Of a stretch of DNA of 64,000 bases, positions 40,801 through 51,531 are shown piece by piece (position 1 is the first letter of the stretch; each line of letters begins with the position of its first letter). Under the pieces are notes generated by a model, which did not search any database, had not been told where the DNA came from, and saw nothing but the letters and a program-made list of their open reading frames with translations. The position numbers and the translations under genes are program-made. The DNA is from an uncultured Acidobacteriota bacterium (lineage in GTDB: Bacteria > Acidobacteriota > UBA6911). The DNA lies in assembly GCA_963843575.1 (NCBI GenBank), contig CAWJKZ010000013.1, forward strand, positions 160,001-224,000, written 5' to 3'.

Positions 40801-41359
40801 GGCCGCCGCACCCGACACGAGGATCCGGGTCGTGACGAGCATGCGGATCTACTGGGACCGTATCCGGATCGAGACGGCTCCGCAGGATGCGCGGCTCACC
40901 GCGACGACCCTGATGCCGCAGGGTGCGCACACTGCGTGGATCGGGTACCCCAGGGAGTGGAGCCCGGACGGGAAGGCGCCGTTCTACTACGACTACTCCC
41001 GGCGCGAGGCCATGGCGCCCTGGAAGCTCCACGCGGGTAACTACACCCCGCTCGGCGGCGTGCGGGAGCTTCTTGACAGCGTGGATGACCGTTACGTCAT
41101 CCTGGCTCACGGGGAGCAGATCACCGCCGAATTCCCGACTGCGCCGCTCCCTGCGCTCCCAGAAGGCTGGGTGCGCGACTGGCTGCTCTATGTCGACGGC
41201 TTTGGCAAGGACATGGACCTGCACTCCCAGTATCCCGATACGGTCGGCCCGCTGCCCAGGCACCGCGATCTCCCGTACCGGGATCCCTCATGGCGCCTCC
41301 CGTCCGATCCCGCTTGGGAGGCTTTCCGGCGCACCTTTCTGACGAGGGCGGGCTGGTGA
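37899..41359 (+). CDS. Secreted TPR + FG-GAP repeat + ASPIC/UnbV (CRTAC1-like) protein (frameshifts near 38050 and 38232)
   Basis: Signal peptide, TPR helices, many DYDxDGDxD repeats, [31 protein letters not shown]. Confidence 0.82.
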
Positions 41360-41472
41360 ATCTGGAGTGCGGAGCCTGGGCGCCGCTTTCGTTTTGCGTC
41401 CAACGGCCGAAACGTGCGGCGCCTTGGCGCCGGGATACCGCATTTGGCGGCGTCGAGCGGCCACACTCCAGA
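41359..41472. repeat. REP-like doublet (TCTGGAGTG...CACTCCAGA)
   Basis: Left unit near-identical to 2962-2993; terminal IR. Confidence 0.6.
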
Positions 41473-41589
41473 ATCCCAGGCAACGGTGAGGCGTGCGCTG
41501 TATAGCGACCGCGGTAAACGTCGGGGCTTGAAGGCACTCCGGTCTCCGCCGGGATTGCTCTCGGGAACCCAAGGTGCGAGAATGCCGGG

Positions 41590-43194
41590 GTGACGCCACC
41601 CTATTCCAACGCACCGCGAGCCCTGATCGCCGACGACCAGCCGGAGGTCCTCGAAGCGCTGCGCCTGCTGCTGAAGGGCGAGGGGTTCCAGCCGTTTACC
41701 GTGACCTCCCCCGACGCGGTCGTGCAGCAGCTCATGTCGCAGCACTTCGATGTGCTCCTGATGGATCTGAACTATGCGCGCGACACGACCTCGGGGCAGG
41801 AGGGTCTCGACCTGCTCAGCCGGGTCCAGGAGATCGACGGCACGCTCCCGGTGATCGTGATGACCGGCTGGGGCAGCGTAGACGTCGCCGTCGAAGCGAT
41901 GCGCCGCGGTGTGCGCGATTTCGTGCAGAAACCCTGGGAGAACTCCCGGCTGATCGCGCTGCTGCGCACCCACACGGAACAGGGCCAGGTGCTCCGTAAG
42001 GGGCGACGGCTGGCCGCGGCCCGCAAGGCGTTGAACCGCGAGCTGATGTCCTGCGATGACGCCCACGCGCTGGTGCGGGCCGTGGCGCTGCGCCTGCGGG
42101 AGATCTTCGGCAGCCGCGCCGTGACGGTCTTCACACGCGCGCCCATGGATCAGGCGTTCTGGGCGACTGCGCAGGTCGGCCTGTCCGACGAAATCCTCGG
42201 CAAGCTCAAGTTCGAGCAGGAGTGCCGGCTGGTGCAGCACCTGGTCTCGCCCGTAAAGCCCTTCAGCATGAATCTGCCCGAAGCGGAGCTCGCCAGGCTG
42301 CGACGGGTGCAGGCGCACATTGTCTCGCCCGTCAGAATAAAAGGGGAACTGGCCGCCTTCATCGGCTTGGGCGACCGGCAGTCCGATGAACAGTACGATG
42401 CCGAGGACTTCAAGTTCCTCGCGGGGGTGGGCGATGACACCGGTGCGGGAATCGAGAGCCTGCGGCTGAAGGGCAAGGAGCGGGAATACGAAGAGGCGCG
42501 CGAGATCCAGCACGGTCTCTTGCCCAAGTCGATCCCCCAGATTGCCGGCCACGAGATTTCCGGGGCCTGGCAGCCGGCCAGCATGGTGGGGGGGGATTAT
42601 TTCGATGCGCTGAGATTCCCGTCCAGCAAGGTCGCGCTCTGCATCGCGGACGTGGTTGGGAAAGGAATGCCCGCGGCGCTACTCATGTCGAACCTGCAGG
42701 CTGCCGTGAAGGCCTTCGCGTCCGAAACGACCCCCCCGAGAGAGCTGTGTGCGAAGGTCAACCGGGTCATCAGCAGCAACATCGCCGCCAACAAGTTCAT
42801 CACCTTCTTCTACTGCGTCTACGACGCGACCGAGGAACGGCTGTCCTTCACCAACGCCGGGCACAACGCTCCGGTCCTGCTGCACGCCGACGGTTCATAC
42901 GTCCGGCTGCAGGAAGGAGGCTCCGTGCTGGGGGTGTTCCGCGACTGGAACTACGAGCAGGCCGAAGCGCGTTTCGCCGCGGGGGACCGGATCATCCTGT
43001 TCACGGACGGGGTCACGGAGGTTGCCAACGCCGACGGCGAGGAATTCGGCGAGGACCGCCTGATCGACCTGCTGCGCGGCGGCGTTCGCCTCGGCGCCGG
43101 GGAGCTCCAGCGCAAAGTCATGGAGTCGATCGCGGATTACAGCGGCGGCGAATTTCAGGACGACGCCACGCTCCTGGTGATGTCGCGCGGCTGA
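41590..43194 (+). CDS. Receiver + GAF-like + SpoIIE/PP2C phosphatase (RsbU-like)
   Basis: REC (ADDQ, MDLNY); EAREIQHGLLP, VGGDYFD, ADVVGKGMPAALLM, NAGHN, LFTDGVTE, QDDATL. Confidence 0.9.
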   Translation: MTPPYSNAPRALIADDQPEVLEALRLLLKGEGFQPFTVTSPDAVVQQLMSQHFDVLLMDLNYARDTTSGQEGLDLLSRVQEIDGTLPVIVMTGWGSVDVAVEAMRRGVRDFVQKPWENSRLIALLRTHTEQGQVLRKGRRLAAARKALNRELMSCDDAHALVRAVALRLREIFGSRAVTVFTRAPMDQAFWATAQVGLSDEILGKLKFEQECRLVQHLVSPVKPFSMNLPEAELARLRRVQAHIVSPVRIKGELAAFIGLGDRQSDEQYDAEDFKFLAGVGDDTGAGIESLRLKGKEREYEEAREIQHGLLPKSIPQIAGHEISGAWQPASMVGGDYFDALRFPSSKVALCIADVVGKGMPAALLMSNLQAAVKAFASETTPPRELCAKVNRVISSNIAANKFITFFYCVYDATEERLSFTNAGHNAPVLLHADGSYVRLQEGGSVLGVFRDWNYEQAEARFAAGDRIILFTDGVTEVANADGEEFGEDRLIDLLRGGVRLGAGELQRKVMESIADYSGGEFQDDATLLVMSRG

Positions 43195-43221
43195 AGCACG
43201 AGTCCTGCGGGCACCCTGCGG

Positions 43222-44661
43222 CTACTTGGCCGGGACGAGCTTCATCCGCTTGCCCTCGCGGTCGTACCAGTCTGCGATGTTCTTCAACGCCGCCGAGTTT
43301 TCGGCGACGCTGCGCTCGGCGTTGTACCCCCACTTGTGGTCGGACATGCTGTCGAGCAATTCGCTCGCCTGCTGCCTCGCAAAGCCGGCCTCGTCGTCCT
43401 TGAGCACCTTTATCAGGGTCGAGAATCCTTCGGTATCCCCCAGCATGAGTTGCGCCCTGGCGATGGCGAGTTTGAGGAATGAGTCGTAGACGTTCACCCC
43501 CGCAGTGCGCAACGCCGGGATCGCCTTTGGATCCTTCTGTTGCGTCAGCGCGGCCACCGCGGCCTCCACCACCTGGTCGGACTTCGAACTGTTCACGACG
43601 CTGCCCAGTGAGGGGACAACCCGCGGGTCCTTCACCACGGCCAGGTGGCGGATCGCATCCAGCTGGTGTGCCTCGTCGTCGCCTTTGAGCTCCCCCAGGA
43701 GCATGTCGACCGGGCTTTGACTGATCGACGCCGTCACCGGCGCCGATTTCCTGAAATAGGCGAGGCCCGAAAGGAACGCCACGGCGAAAACGGCCATGGC
43801 CGCGACGTTCGCCAGCGCCCTGAGCCGTGCCGGGGCGTGCTGGACGTAGTACGCCACGCTCGAACCGATCAGGAATATCGCCAGCATGACGACAATGGCC
43901 GGACCGGTCGGGTAGTCCGCGTAGAACGACCAGACGATCCCGCCTGTGCTGGCGAGAATGGCCACGGCCCACCCGAAGAGCAGACGGCCGCGGATCGTGT
44001 CAGACCACATTTGCGCTATGACGGCGGGCACCACCAGGTACGAGAAGACGAGCAGCACCCCCACTATCGCCACCGACTTGGTGATGACCACCCCGAAGGA
44101 CATGTAGAACAGGACGTCCCAGAACCGGATGCGCATACCGGACGCCTCGGCTCGCTCCGGGTCGAGCGATATGGCCAGGAATTTCTTACGGAAGATCACG
44201 TGGAAGAGCCCGATCGCCCCGTAGCCGATGGCCATCTCGACCACCTCCGACATCGGCACCAGCAAAACGTCGCCGACCAGCATGTGTTTGAGCTCCTCGC
44301 CCCCGGTCGCCGATTTCGACAGAATGAGGATCGCCGCCGCAGAAGCGGCGGCGTAGATGATCCCGATGAACGCCTCCTGGGGAACCCGCTCCCGCCGCAT
44401 GCGCGCGACCGCAAACGCCCCCGCACCGACGAAGGTGAAAGCCAGCGAAAAGAGGGAGATCCTGAACGAATCGCCGTTGGGGTCATACCCGAGGGTCAGG
44501 GCGTAGGTGGCGCCGAGCGCGGCGATCTGCGCCAGCGCGAGGTCCACGAAAATCACCTTCCGGGCGATCACGTGGATCCCGAGATAGACGTGGTTGATCG
44601 ACAGGACGAGGCAGGCGAGGAACGGTATCAGCATCCAGCGCAGTTCGAGCAGTTGTGGCAT
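43222..44661 (-). CDS. Metal ABC permease (ZnuB/ABC-3) fused to C-terminal HEAT-like repeats
   Basis: HVYLGIHVIARKVIFVDLALAQIAALG, PQEAFIGIIY, VGVLLVFSYLVVPA; helical repeats after an extra TM. Confidence 0.82.
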   Translation of the reverse strand: MPQLLELRWMLIPFLACLVLSINHVYLGIHVIARKVIFVDLALAQIAALGATYALTLGYDPNGDSFRISLFSLAFTFVGAGAFAVARMRRERVPQEAFIGIIYAAASAAAILILSKSATGGEELKHMLVGDVLLVPMSEVVEMAIGYGAIGLFHVIFRKKFLAISLDPERAEASGMRIRFWDVLFYMSFGVVITKSVAIVGVLLVFSYLVVPAVIAQMWSDTIRGRLLFGWAVAILASTGGIVWSFYADYPTGPAIVVMLAIFLIGSSVAYYVQHAPARLRALANVAAMAVFAVAFLSGLAYFRKSAPVTASISQSPVDMLLGELKGDDEAHQLDAIRHLAVVKDPRVVPSLGSVVNSSKSDQVVEAAVAALTQQKDPKAIPALRTAGVNVYDSFLKLAIARAQLMLGDTEGFSTLIKVLKDDEAGFARQQASELLDSMSDHKWGYNAERSVAENSAALKNIADWYDREGKRMKLVPAK

Positions 44662-44697
44662 GGCGTTCTCCAGCAGCCGTGCGGGTGTGCCGGCCCG

Positions 44698-45762
44698 TCA
44701 GGGATTCTTTTTCACTGCGGCCGTCAGCTCGCGGATCAGGTGGTCGATCAGGTCGAAGTAAGTCTTGACCGCAGGATCCCCCCCGACCTGGTTGGGGAGT
44801 ATCACAACGGTGGAGCCGGTCTGACGCGCGATGTTGTTGGGCATGGCCGGGTCGTAGAAATTGTCCACCAGGATGAGGGGAACCTGCTCCGCCTTGATCT
44901 TCTCGGTAACCTGCCGCAGGTGTTGCGGGCCCGGCGGAATGCCGGGGCGCTCCTCGATGGTTCCCATCAGCTGGATGCCGAAAACGCGGGCGAAGTAGAC
45001 CCAGACCTTGTGAAACTCGAACGCCTTCGCACCCCGGAGCGGCTCCGCGGCCTTCAGCCACCCGCCGGCTCTGGAAGCGAGCGTCCGTCCTCCGAAACTG
45101 TTACCGTCGAGGAACTGGAAGAGCTGCCCGCTCCAGGTGAGCCGCGTGAGTTTCTGGATCCCGATCAGCTTCAGGAGTTCCGGGCCAAACAGCGCCTCGT
45201 CGATCCGCCGGGAGAAGTCCTTTCTGCGCTCCTCGTAATAGTCCGTCCCCGCGGGATCCGCAGCCTTCAGGGCGTCGCAGATATTGTCCGCCTCGACCTT
45301 CGCCAGCAGCGGGTCCAGCCAGACATGGGGATTTCCCTGCGGGTGGATGTCGCCGAGTTCGCGCGTGAGGACGGCGGGGATCTCAAGGGCCGCGACCCCC
45401 TTGCTGGCAACCACTCGACCGGGGTTGCCGCGGAAGATCCGGTTGTTTCCCGATCCGTTGGCCACCTCGTCGGCCCACAGTTCCAGGGAGAGGCCGTTCT
45501 CGATGAACAGGTCTGCCTCGCGGGTCCTTCTCATCAGCACGGGTGTCGGGGTGACGAAGTGCGGGTCCTGATCACCCTTGGCGAGCGCGGTCGCTGTGAC
45601 CCTGTCCCCACCGATTTCCTCGGCAAGCGACTTCAGGGTCGGGAGCGTGCAGATCACATTGAGTTTCTTGGACTGCGCGGCTGCGAACTCCGGGAGGGGC
45701 AGGAGAGCAGCTACGCCGGCGACCAGCAATGCCGCCATTTTCCGGGTCAGGTTCGGATTCAT
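44698..45762 (-). CDS. Metal ABC substrate-binding protein (ZnuA/TroA cluster A-I)
   Basis: GDQDPHFV, NGLSLELW, GDIHPQGNPHVWLDP, IEERPGIPPGPQHL. Confidence 0.9.
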   Translation of the reverse strand: MNPNLTRKMAALLVAGVAALLPLPEFAAAQSKKLNVICTLPTLKSLAEEIGGDRVTATALAKGDQDPHFVTPTPVLMRRTREADLFIENGLSLELWADEVANGSGNNRIFRGNPGRVVASKGVAALEIPAVLTRELGDIHPQGNPHVWLDPLLAKVEADNICDALKAADPAGTDYYEERRKDFSRRIDEALFGPELLKLIGIQKLTRLTWSGQLFQFLDGNSFGGRTLASRAGGWLKAAEPLRGAKAFEFHKVWVYFARVFGIQLMGTIEERPGIPPGPQHLRQVTEKIKAEQVPLILVDNFYDPAMPNNIARQTGSTVVILPNQVGGDPAVKTYFDLIDHLIRELTAAVKKNP

Positions 45763-45843
45763 TCGTGGTTCCTCTCTGGCGTGATGCCGGGCTGGGGCGG
45801 GACCGCGGCCCGGGGATGGAATCGGGCGCTCGTCTCAACGCCG

Positions 45844-47190
45844 TCACCTGTTTACCCAGTAGGGTTCAGGCGGGTGGGCCCCGAATATCCAGTTCAGCTC
45901 CGCATAGAAGGAGTTGCGCTTGTTTTCCGTAAAGAGGTCGCTCCAGCGATGTTCGTAGTTTAACCGGAACCGGAGGAATTCGCTGAAATAGTACGAAAGA
46001 TACGGGGTGATGCCGCGGCGCTGCAGCCCGGGGTTGTACAGCACGTCGGTCCGGTCCCAGCGCAGACCGGCATAGGTGCGTCGGTCAAATTGCCACTGCC
46101 CGTAAACCGTGTAGCCGAGCGGCCGCCCTGACCCCGGAGCGATCCCGTCGAGGGCGCGCGCCACGTCCGGGGTTTCCGCGGCCTCGGGGTACGCCCGCCG
46201 GGTGAACATGAACTCCGTGCCCAACAGGAATGAATGCCACTCCCCCCGGCGCAACGGCTTCCAGCGGTAGGTCATGTCGAACCCGTGCAGGTCCCCCTGC
46301 CGGGACGCGCCGGAACCGGGATGGTAGTACGACGACCATCCCAGCTCCAGGTTGTGCGAGTCCCTGAAGGTGCGAAACCACCGCAGATGACCGAGGTAGG
46401 AGTTCCGGGCGGCGATATCGGGCGACAGTGCGATCTCGCCGCCGCCGAGGATTTCGAACGTGAGATCGACGCTCGCCTTTTCGTCCCAAGGTGTCGGGAT
46501 GTAGAAGTTCGCCGAGGCGCCGTTCTGCGCAAAGCCCTCCGGGCCGAGGAATTCCTGGACAGGCAGAGGGCGCAACGTCTGGGGCAGGTCGTGAGTGTGC
46601 AGGATGTTGATTTTCCCGAACGCCGGGCGAAACCTGCCGACCTTCAGGCGGAGGCCCAGCGGGGTGCGGTCGACAAACGGGAACTTCTTGATGTTTACGT
46701 AACCTTCCTCGATGCCCACGTTGAACTTTCCGCTGGCTTCCTGCTCCAGGGCCGTTATCAGCACGGCGTCCGCGTATGGGTCGACCGGCACCCGCATGTC
46801 GATCTCCGCCTCGCGGAGCGTGAACCTGTTGTCCGCCCGGCCCCCCTCCTCGTTGAACACTTTCTGGTCGTCGACTCGGGCGACGAAATTACCCACCGCC
46901 GCAATCGCAGGATTGAGCGCGCCGGGACTGGTCTGAACCACGGCGGGAGCGGTCTGGGTCGTCACGCCCGACGGCTCCGGCTCGGCCGAGGCCCTGAGCA
47001 TCTGGACCTGGAGCTGCTCAACCTGCGCCTCGAGCTCCTTGATCCGCTTCTCGTAGTCGGCCCGCAACGCGTCGATCTGGGCCCGGATGGCCTGCAGCGC
47101 CGCCGCATCGCTGCCCGAAGGATTCTGCGCTGCCGCCGTGACAGGCAAAAGCAGAAGTGCGACTAAAACCGTGATTCTCGTGGGACGCAT
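45844..47190 (-). CDS. Outer-membrane porin-like protein associated with metal uptake
   Basis: Signal peptide, coiled coil, LREAEI..PVDPY, GKINILHTHDLP, SEFLRFRLNY, C-terminal FGAHPPEPY. Confidence 0.7.
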   Translation of the reverse strand: MRPTRITVLVALLLLPVTAAAQNPSGSDAAALQAIRAQIDALRADYEKRIKELEAQVEQLQVQMLRASAEPEPSGVTTQTAPAVVQTSPGALNPAIAAVGNFVARVDDQKVFNEEGGRADNRFTLREAEIDMRVPVDPYADAVLITALEQEASGKFNVGIEEGYVNIKKFPFVDRTPLGLRLKVGRFRPAFGKINILHTHDLPQTLRPLPVQEFLGPEGFAQNGASANFYIPTPWDEKASVDLTFEILGGGEIALSPDIAARNSYLGHLRWFRTFRDSHNLELGWSSYYHPGSGASRQGDLHGFDMTYRWKPLRRGEWHSFLLGTEFMFTRRAYPEAAETPDVARALDGIAPGSGRPLGYTVYGQWQFDRRTYAGLRWDRTDVLYNPGLQRRGITPYLSYYFSEFLRFRLNYEHRWSDLFTENKRNSFYAELNWIFGAHPPEPYWVNR

Positions 47191-47337
47191 CGGGAGCCTC
47201 CACGCATCAACTGATGTCAACTGGACTTTGGGCAAGTGCACCATTGCAGGGCAGCGCGCTTAGTTAAGAACACTGTGCTTCGACGGGGAGAACGTGAGGC
47301 GACCGCCCGGCGTTCCGGATAACTCGGAAACGACCGT

Positions 47338-47715
47338 TTAGAAGGAGAATGCGGGAGGTCCGCGGTTCACCGCGGCTGCGGGCTCGATGCTGAGGAGAAG
47401 TTTGACTCGCCGAAGCTGGAGCGGAACCGAGTCGCTGCGGTCGCACCAGAAACGCTGCACGGGAACTATGGTCTGGCCCAGCAGCTTGTTAAAGAAGCAG
47501 GCGTTGCAAGGGGGGTACTCCGTGCCGCCGCAGCGCTCGACGTGCGGCCGGCACGGCCCGTCCGGATCCTCCCGACGGACGAACTGCCGCTGCGCGGAAA
47601 ACGTCAGGTGATTCTGAATCAGATCGACCGACGATCCGACCAGACCCGTTATCAGTGCCACGAAAACCAATGCCGTGCGGAACCACCCGATGTTCCGCGA
47701 ATGCCTCAGCAGCAT
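47338..47715 (-). CDS. DUF2946-like small exported protein (CxxC, C-terminal RGPP)
   Basis: N-terminal hydrophobic segment, His/Cys residues, CNAC, ends NRGPPAFSF; upstream of metal uptake genes. Confidence 0.65.
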   Translation of the reverse strand: MLLRHSRNIGWFRTALVFVALITGLVGSSVDLIQNHLTFSAQRQFVRREDPDGPCRPHVERCGGTEYPPCNACFFNKLLGQTIVPVQRFWCDRSDSVPLQLRRVKLLLSIEPAAAVNRGPPAFSF

Positions 47716-47760
47716 GTGGAAAAGTTATCCCGATCCCAGCCGACTGTCAACGTGGTGGGC

Positions 47761-47914
47761 CAAGTGGGTCCAGTCTTCAGCCCGGACGCCTCTTGATCTG
47801 ATCTATGTGGCGACGGGCGCACGTTATAGCGACGTCCGGGCTGAAGCCCGGACCCACTTGTATCTTGTTTGGATCGGGCAGATCAACCGTTGGACAGCCT
47901 CTTCAGCCCGGACG
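47761..47914. repeat. REP doublet (REPIN/BIME-like), copy B
   Basis: Same REP arms and spacer (TCTTGATCTGA..ATGTGGCGACGGG..CACGTTATAGCGAC) as 32502-32664. Confidence 0.8.
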
Positions 47915-48027
47915 GCGAGGCTTCCCAACCGGGAGGGCCCGCCCACTTGCATTGAAGAACCGCTCCGGTCTAAGCTGTGCGTCGGAATCTACGGCGTCAA
48001 CCTGCAGTACCACCTGGGGAACGGTCG

Positions 48028-49116
48028 ATGAAAAAGATACTGCTGCTGGGCGCCGGGACGATCGGCTCCCTCATCTCCACGTTGATGGCGCAATCGGGCG
48101 ATTACTCCGTCTGTCTCGCCGACAGCAATCCCGAAGCCGTCGCACGCTGGGGCCGGGAACCCCGCTACCCGGCACTTCAGGTTTTCGAGATGGATGCGAC
48201 CGACCGCGCAGCCCTGAGGCGCTTCGTCACCGACCAGGGGATCGACGCAATCATTTCCGCACTCCCTTATTTCTGCAACCCTGCGGTGGCGGAAGTGGCG
48301 CGCGAGACAGGCAGGCACTACTTCGATCTCACGGAAGATGTCGAAGTCACCCGCTCGATCCTCCGGATCAGCCAAGGTTCGCCGAAGGCCTTCGTCCCGC
48401 AGTGCGGGCTGGCCCCTGGATTCATCAGCATCGTGGCCCACGAGTACATGACGCACTTCGAGACACTCGACACGGTGAAGCTGCGGGTCGGTGCCCTTCC
48501 CGTTCACCCGAGCAACGCCCTGAAGTACTCGCTCACCTGGTCCACCAACGGTCTCATCAACGAGTACGGGAACGTGTGTTACGGCGTGGAGAACGGCGAA
48601 GAAGTCGCCCTGATGCCTCTCGAGGGCTATGAGACCATCGAGGTCGACGGGCTGCTGTACGAGGCCTTCAACACCTCGGGCGGGCTCGGAACGCTGGCCG
48701 ATACGTACAACGGCCGCGTCCGCACGCTGAACTACAAAACCATGCGCTATCCCGGGCACTGCGAGAAGATCCAGTTTCTCATGCAGGACCTCAAACTCAA
48801 CCAGGACCGCGAGACGTTGCGCCGGATCCTCGAAAATGCGATACCCAAGACCCTGCAGGATGTGGTCGTGATTTTTGTCTCCGTCACCGGGAAGCAGAAA
48901 GGCACCCTTTTCGAGGAGAACTACCTGAAGAAGGCGTACCCGCAGGAGATTGCCGGAAGGCCCTGGTCGGCCATACAGGTCACGACGGCGGCGGGTGTGT
49001 GCGCGGTCGCGGACTTGGTGCTGCAGAATGAATCGGCCTATCAAGGTTTCGTCACCCAGGAGTCTTTCGGTTTCCCCGCATTCCTGGAGAATCGGTTCGG
49101 CGGATACTACCGATAG
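48028..49116 (+). CDS. Saccharopine dehydrogenase / lysine 6-dehydrogenase family protein
   Basis: [60 protein letters not shown]. Confidence 0.87.
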   Translation: MKKILLLGAGTIGSLISTLMAQSGDYSVCLADSNPEAVARWGREPRYPALQVFEMDATDRAALRRFVTDQGIDAIISALPYFCNPAVAEVARETGRHYFDLTEDVEVTRSILRISQGSPKAFVPQCGLAPGFISIVAHEYMTHFETLDTVKLRVGALPVHPSNALKYSLTWSTNGLINEYGNVCYGVENGEEVALMPLEGYETIEVDGLLYEAFNTSGGLGTLADTYNGRVRTLNYKTMRYPGHCEKIQFLMQDLKLNQDRETLRRILENAIPKTLQDVVVIFVSVTGKQKGTLFEENYLKKAYPQEIAGRPWSAIQVTTAAGVCAVADLVLQNESAYQGFVTQESFGFPAFLENRFGGYYR

Positions 49117-49153
49117 TTGCGGTCGGGCGGTTCTTCCCCGTGCGCGAGGGGTC

Positions 49154-50507
49154 ATGGAAAGTAACGGCTTGAGCAGGAGAGAGTTCGTGAGGGCGACGGC
49201 CGCGGCCGGCATGTCGACCGCGTTGTCTGCACGCAGGGTCTCGGGGGCGAACGACCGGATACGCGTCGGGTTCGTGGGGCTGGGCAACCGGGGCGATCAG
49301 GTGCTGGACGCGTTCCTGGTCCACAAGGACTGCCAGGTGGTGGCCGTCTGCGACATCTGTCCCCCTTACCTGGACTTCGCCGCGACGAAGATCGGCGGCA
49401 GTCCCGCGCGGTTCTCCGACTACCGCAAATTGCTCGACGCCAAGGACGTCGATGCGGTCGCCATCTGCACGCCGGACCACTGGCACGCGCTGCAGATGAT
49501 TCAGGCCTGCCAGGCCGGAAAGGACGTGTACGTCGAAAAGCCGCTCTCCCTCTGCGTGGAAGAAGGACGCCAGATGGTGGGTGCCGCGCGGAAGTACAAC
49601 CGGGTCACACAGGTCGGAATCCACCGGAGGTCGGCGCCGTTCTGCCAGGAGGCCGCCGCGGTCGTGCGCTCCGGCGCCCTCGGGCGCATCACGGTCGCGC
49701 GCTGTTTCCACATCCAGAACGAGTGGCCGAAGGGAATCGGGAATCCGCCCGACGGCCGGCCGCCCGAAGGTTTCGATTGGGACGCGTGGCTCGGCCCCGC
49801 GCCGATGCGTCCATACAACAAGAACCGCACCTTTTACCGGTTCCGCTGGTTTTACGATTACTCCGGCGGGCAGGTCACCAACTTCGGCGTGCACTATATC
49901 GACATGATCCACTCCGCCCTGGGAGTCGATGCGCCGCTCGCGGTCACCGCGATGGGCGCCAAACTGGCGCTGGACGACAATCGCGACATACCCGACACCC
50001 TGGAAGTCCTCTGGACGTACCCCGGAGGTACCCTTGTCACCTTCTCGCAGTTCAACGCCAGCGCTCCCCCGGCGGGTCTGCGGGACGGTGAGATCGAGTT
50101 CCGCGGCACCAAAGGCACCCTCTACCTGCGGGGCGACGGCTACGAAGTCGTGCCCGACAGCCTCACACCCAATGAATTTCCCGCGCGCATGCCGACAGAC
50201 CGCGCCCTCGAGCGCGGTTACCGCACCGGGTCACGCGCCGGTGATCGAGCCGCGCGCATCCCAGGGCAAGGCCGATACTGCCTACCATGCGCGGGATTTT
50301 CTGGACTGCGTGCGAAGCCGGGGGCTGTGCAACTGCGACATTGAGACGGGTCACCGATCGACGTCCGCCACCCTGATCGCCAATATCGCCCACAAAACCA
50401 GGTCGTATCTCGAATGGGACCGGGAGCAGGAGCTGTTCAAGAACAATCCGGGGGCCAACAAACACCTCCGCTATGAGTACCGCCGGCCGTACGAGTTCCC
50501 GGCCTGA
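49154..50507 (+). CDS. Tat-exported Gfo/Idh/MocA oxidoreductase (frameshift near 50230)
   Basis: SRREFV signal, [46 protein letters not shown] end. Confidence 0.88.
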
Positions 50508-50539
50508 TCGCAGCCTGACCCTGCTGCATGAGGTCTGAA

Positions 50540-51457
50540 ATGTCCATCACCCGCAGAGGATTCCTTGCGGGGGCTTGCGCGCTCCCCGCCGCCGTCACCG
50601 CTACCGTCCCTCTATCCGCCCGCGCCGCCAAACCGCGGCCGATATGTCTTTTTTCCAAACACCTGCCGGACTTGAACTGGGCGGACCTGGCGCGGTATAC
50701 GCGGGAGGCTGGTTTTGACGGGATCGACCTGACGGTACGCAAGGCGGGGCATGTACTGCCGGAACGCGCCGCGGAAGACCTGCCCAAGGCGGTCACAACC
50801 ATCCGGGACGGGGGAATGGACATCCCCATGATCACCACGGATGCCCTGTCCGAGACGCCGGTCGCCCGCGTGCTCTTCTTGACGGCCGGGAACCTTGCCA
50901 TCCCATTTCTCAAACCCGGATACTACTTCTACAAGTTCGTCGACATCCGCCGCGAGCTCGACGAGGTCGCGGTCCAGTTCGGCGAACTCGCGCAACTCGG
51001 GGCGCGGCACGGGATCCAGGTGGGATTTCACAATCACGCCGGCTATGTGGGCGCCCCCGTCTGGGACGTGGCGCAGTTCATGGACAAGCTCGACGCGCGT
51101 TGGGCCGGCTACTACTTCGATCCGTGCCACGCCGTCGCCGAGGGCGGGGAAGCGGGCTGGAAAATCGCCACGACCCTGGCAGCGCCGCGCATCAAGATGA
51201 TCGCCATCAAGGACTTCTACTGGGAAAAGAGCGCGACCAAGGGGTGGCAGGCGCGCATGTGCCCGCTGGGCCAGGGAATGGTTCCTTGGGTCGAGTTCTT
51301 CAAAATCGTGGCCAAGGCGGGATTCCGTGGACCCGTTTCGCTCCACCTCGAATACGACATCCCGGGGGCGACCGCCGCGGCGCGCCGGGACAACACTCTT
51401 GCGGCCGCCCGGCGCGATCTCGAGTTCCTGCGGGCGCGTCTCAACGAGGCCGGTTAG
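50540..51457 (+). CDS. Tat-exported sugar phosphate isomerase/epimerase (xylose-isomerase-like TIM barrel)
   Basis: TRRGFL signal, [34 protein letters not shown]. Confidence 0.85.
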   Translation: MSITRRGFLAGACALPAAVTATVPLSARAAKPRPICLFSKHLPDLNWADLARYTREAGFDGIDLTVRKAGHVLPERAAEDLPKAVTTIRDGGMDIPMITTDALSETPVARVLFLTAGNLAIPFLKPGYYFYKFVDIRRELDEVAVQFGELAQLGARHGIQVGFHNHAGYVGAPVWDVAQFMDKLDARWAGYYFDPCHAVAEGGEAGWKIATTLAAPRIKMIAIKDFYWEKSATKGWQARMCPLGQGMVPWVEFFKIVAKAGFRGPVSLHLEYDIPGATAAARRDNTLAAARRDLEFLRARLNEAG

Positions 51458-51531
51458 ACGTTGGGAAGCTCCGGGGTGAGTTTGGGATTGATCTGGTCCC
51501 ACCGGATTTGAATTCAGGAGGATCCGCCGAA

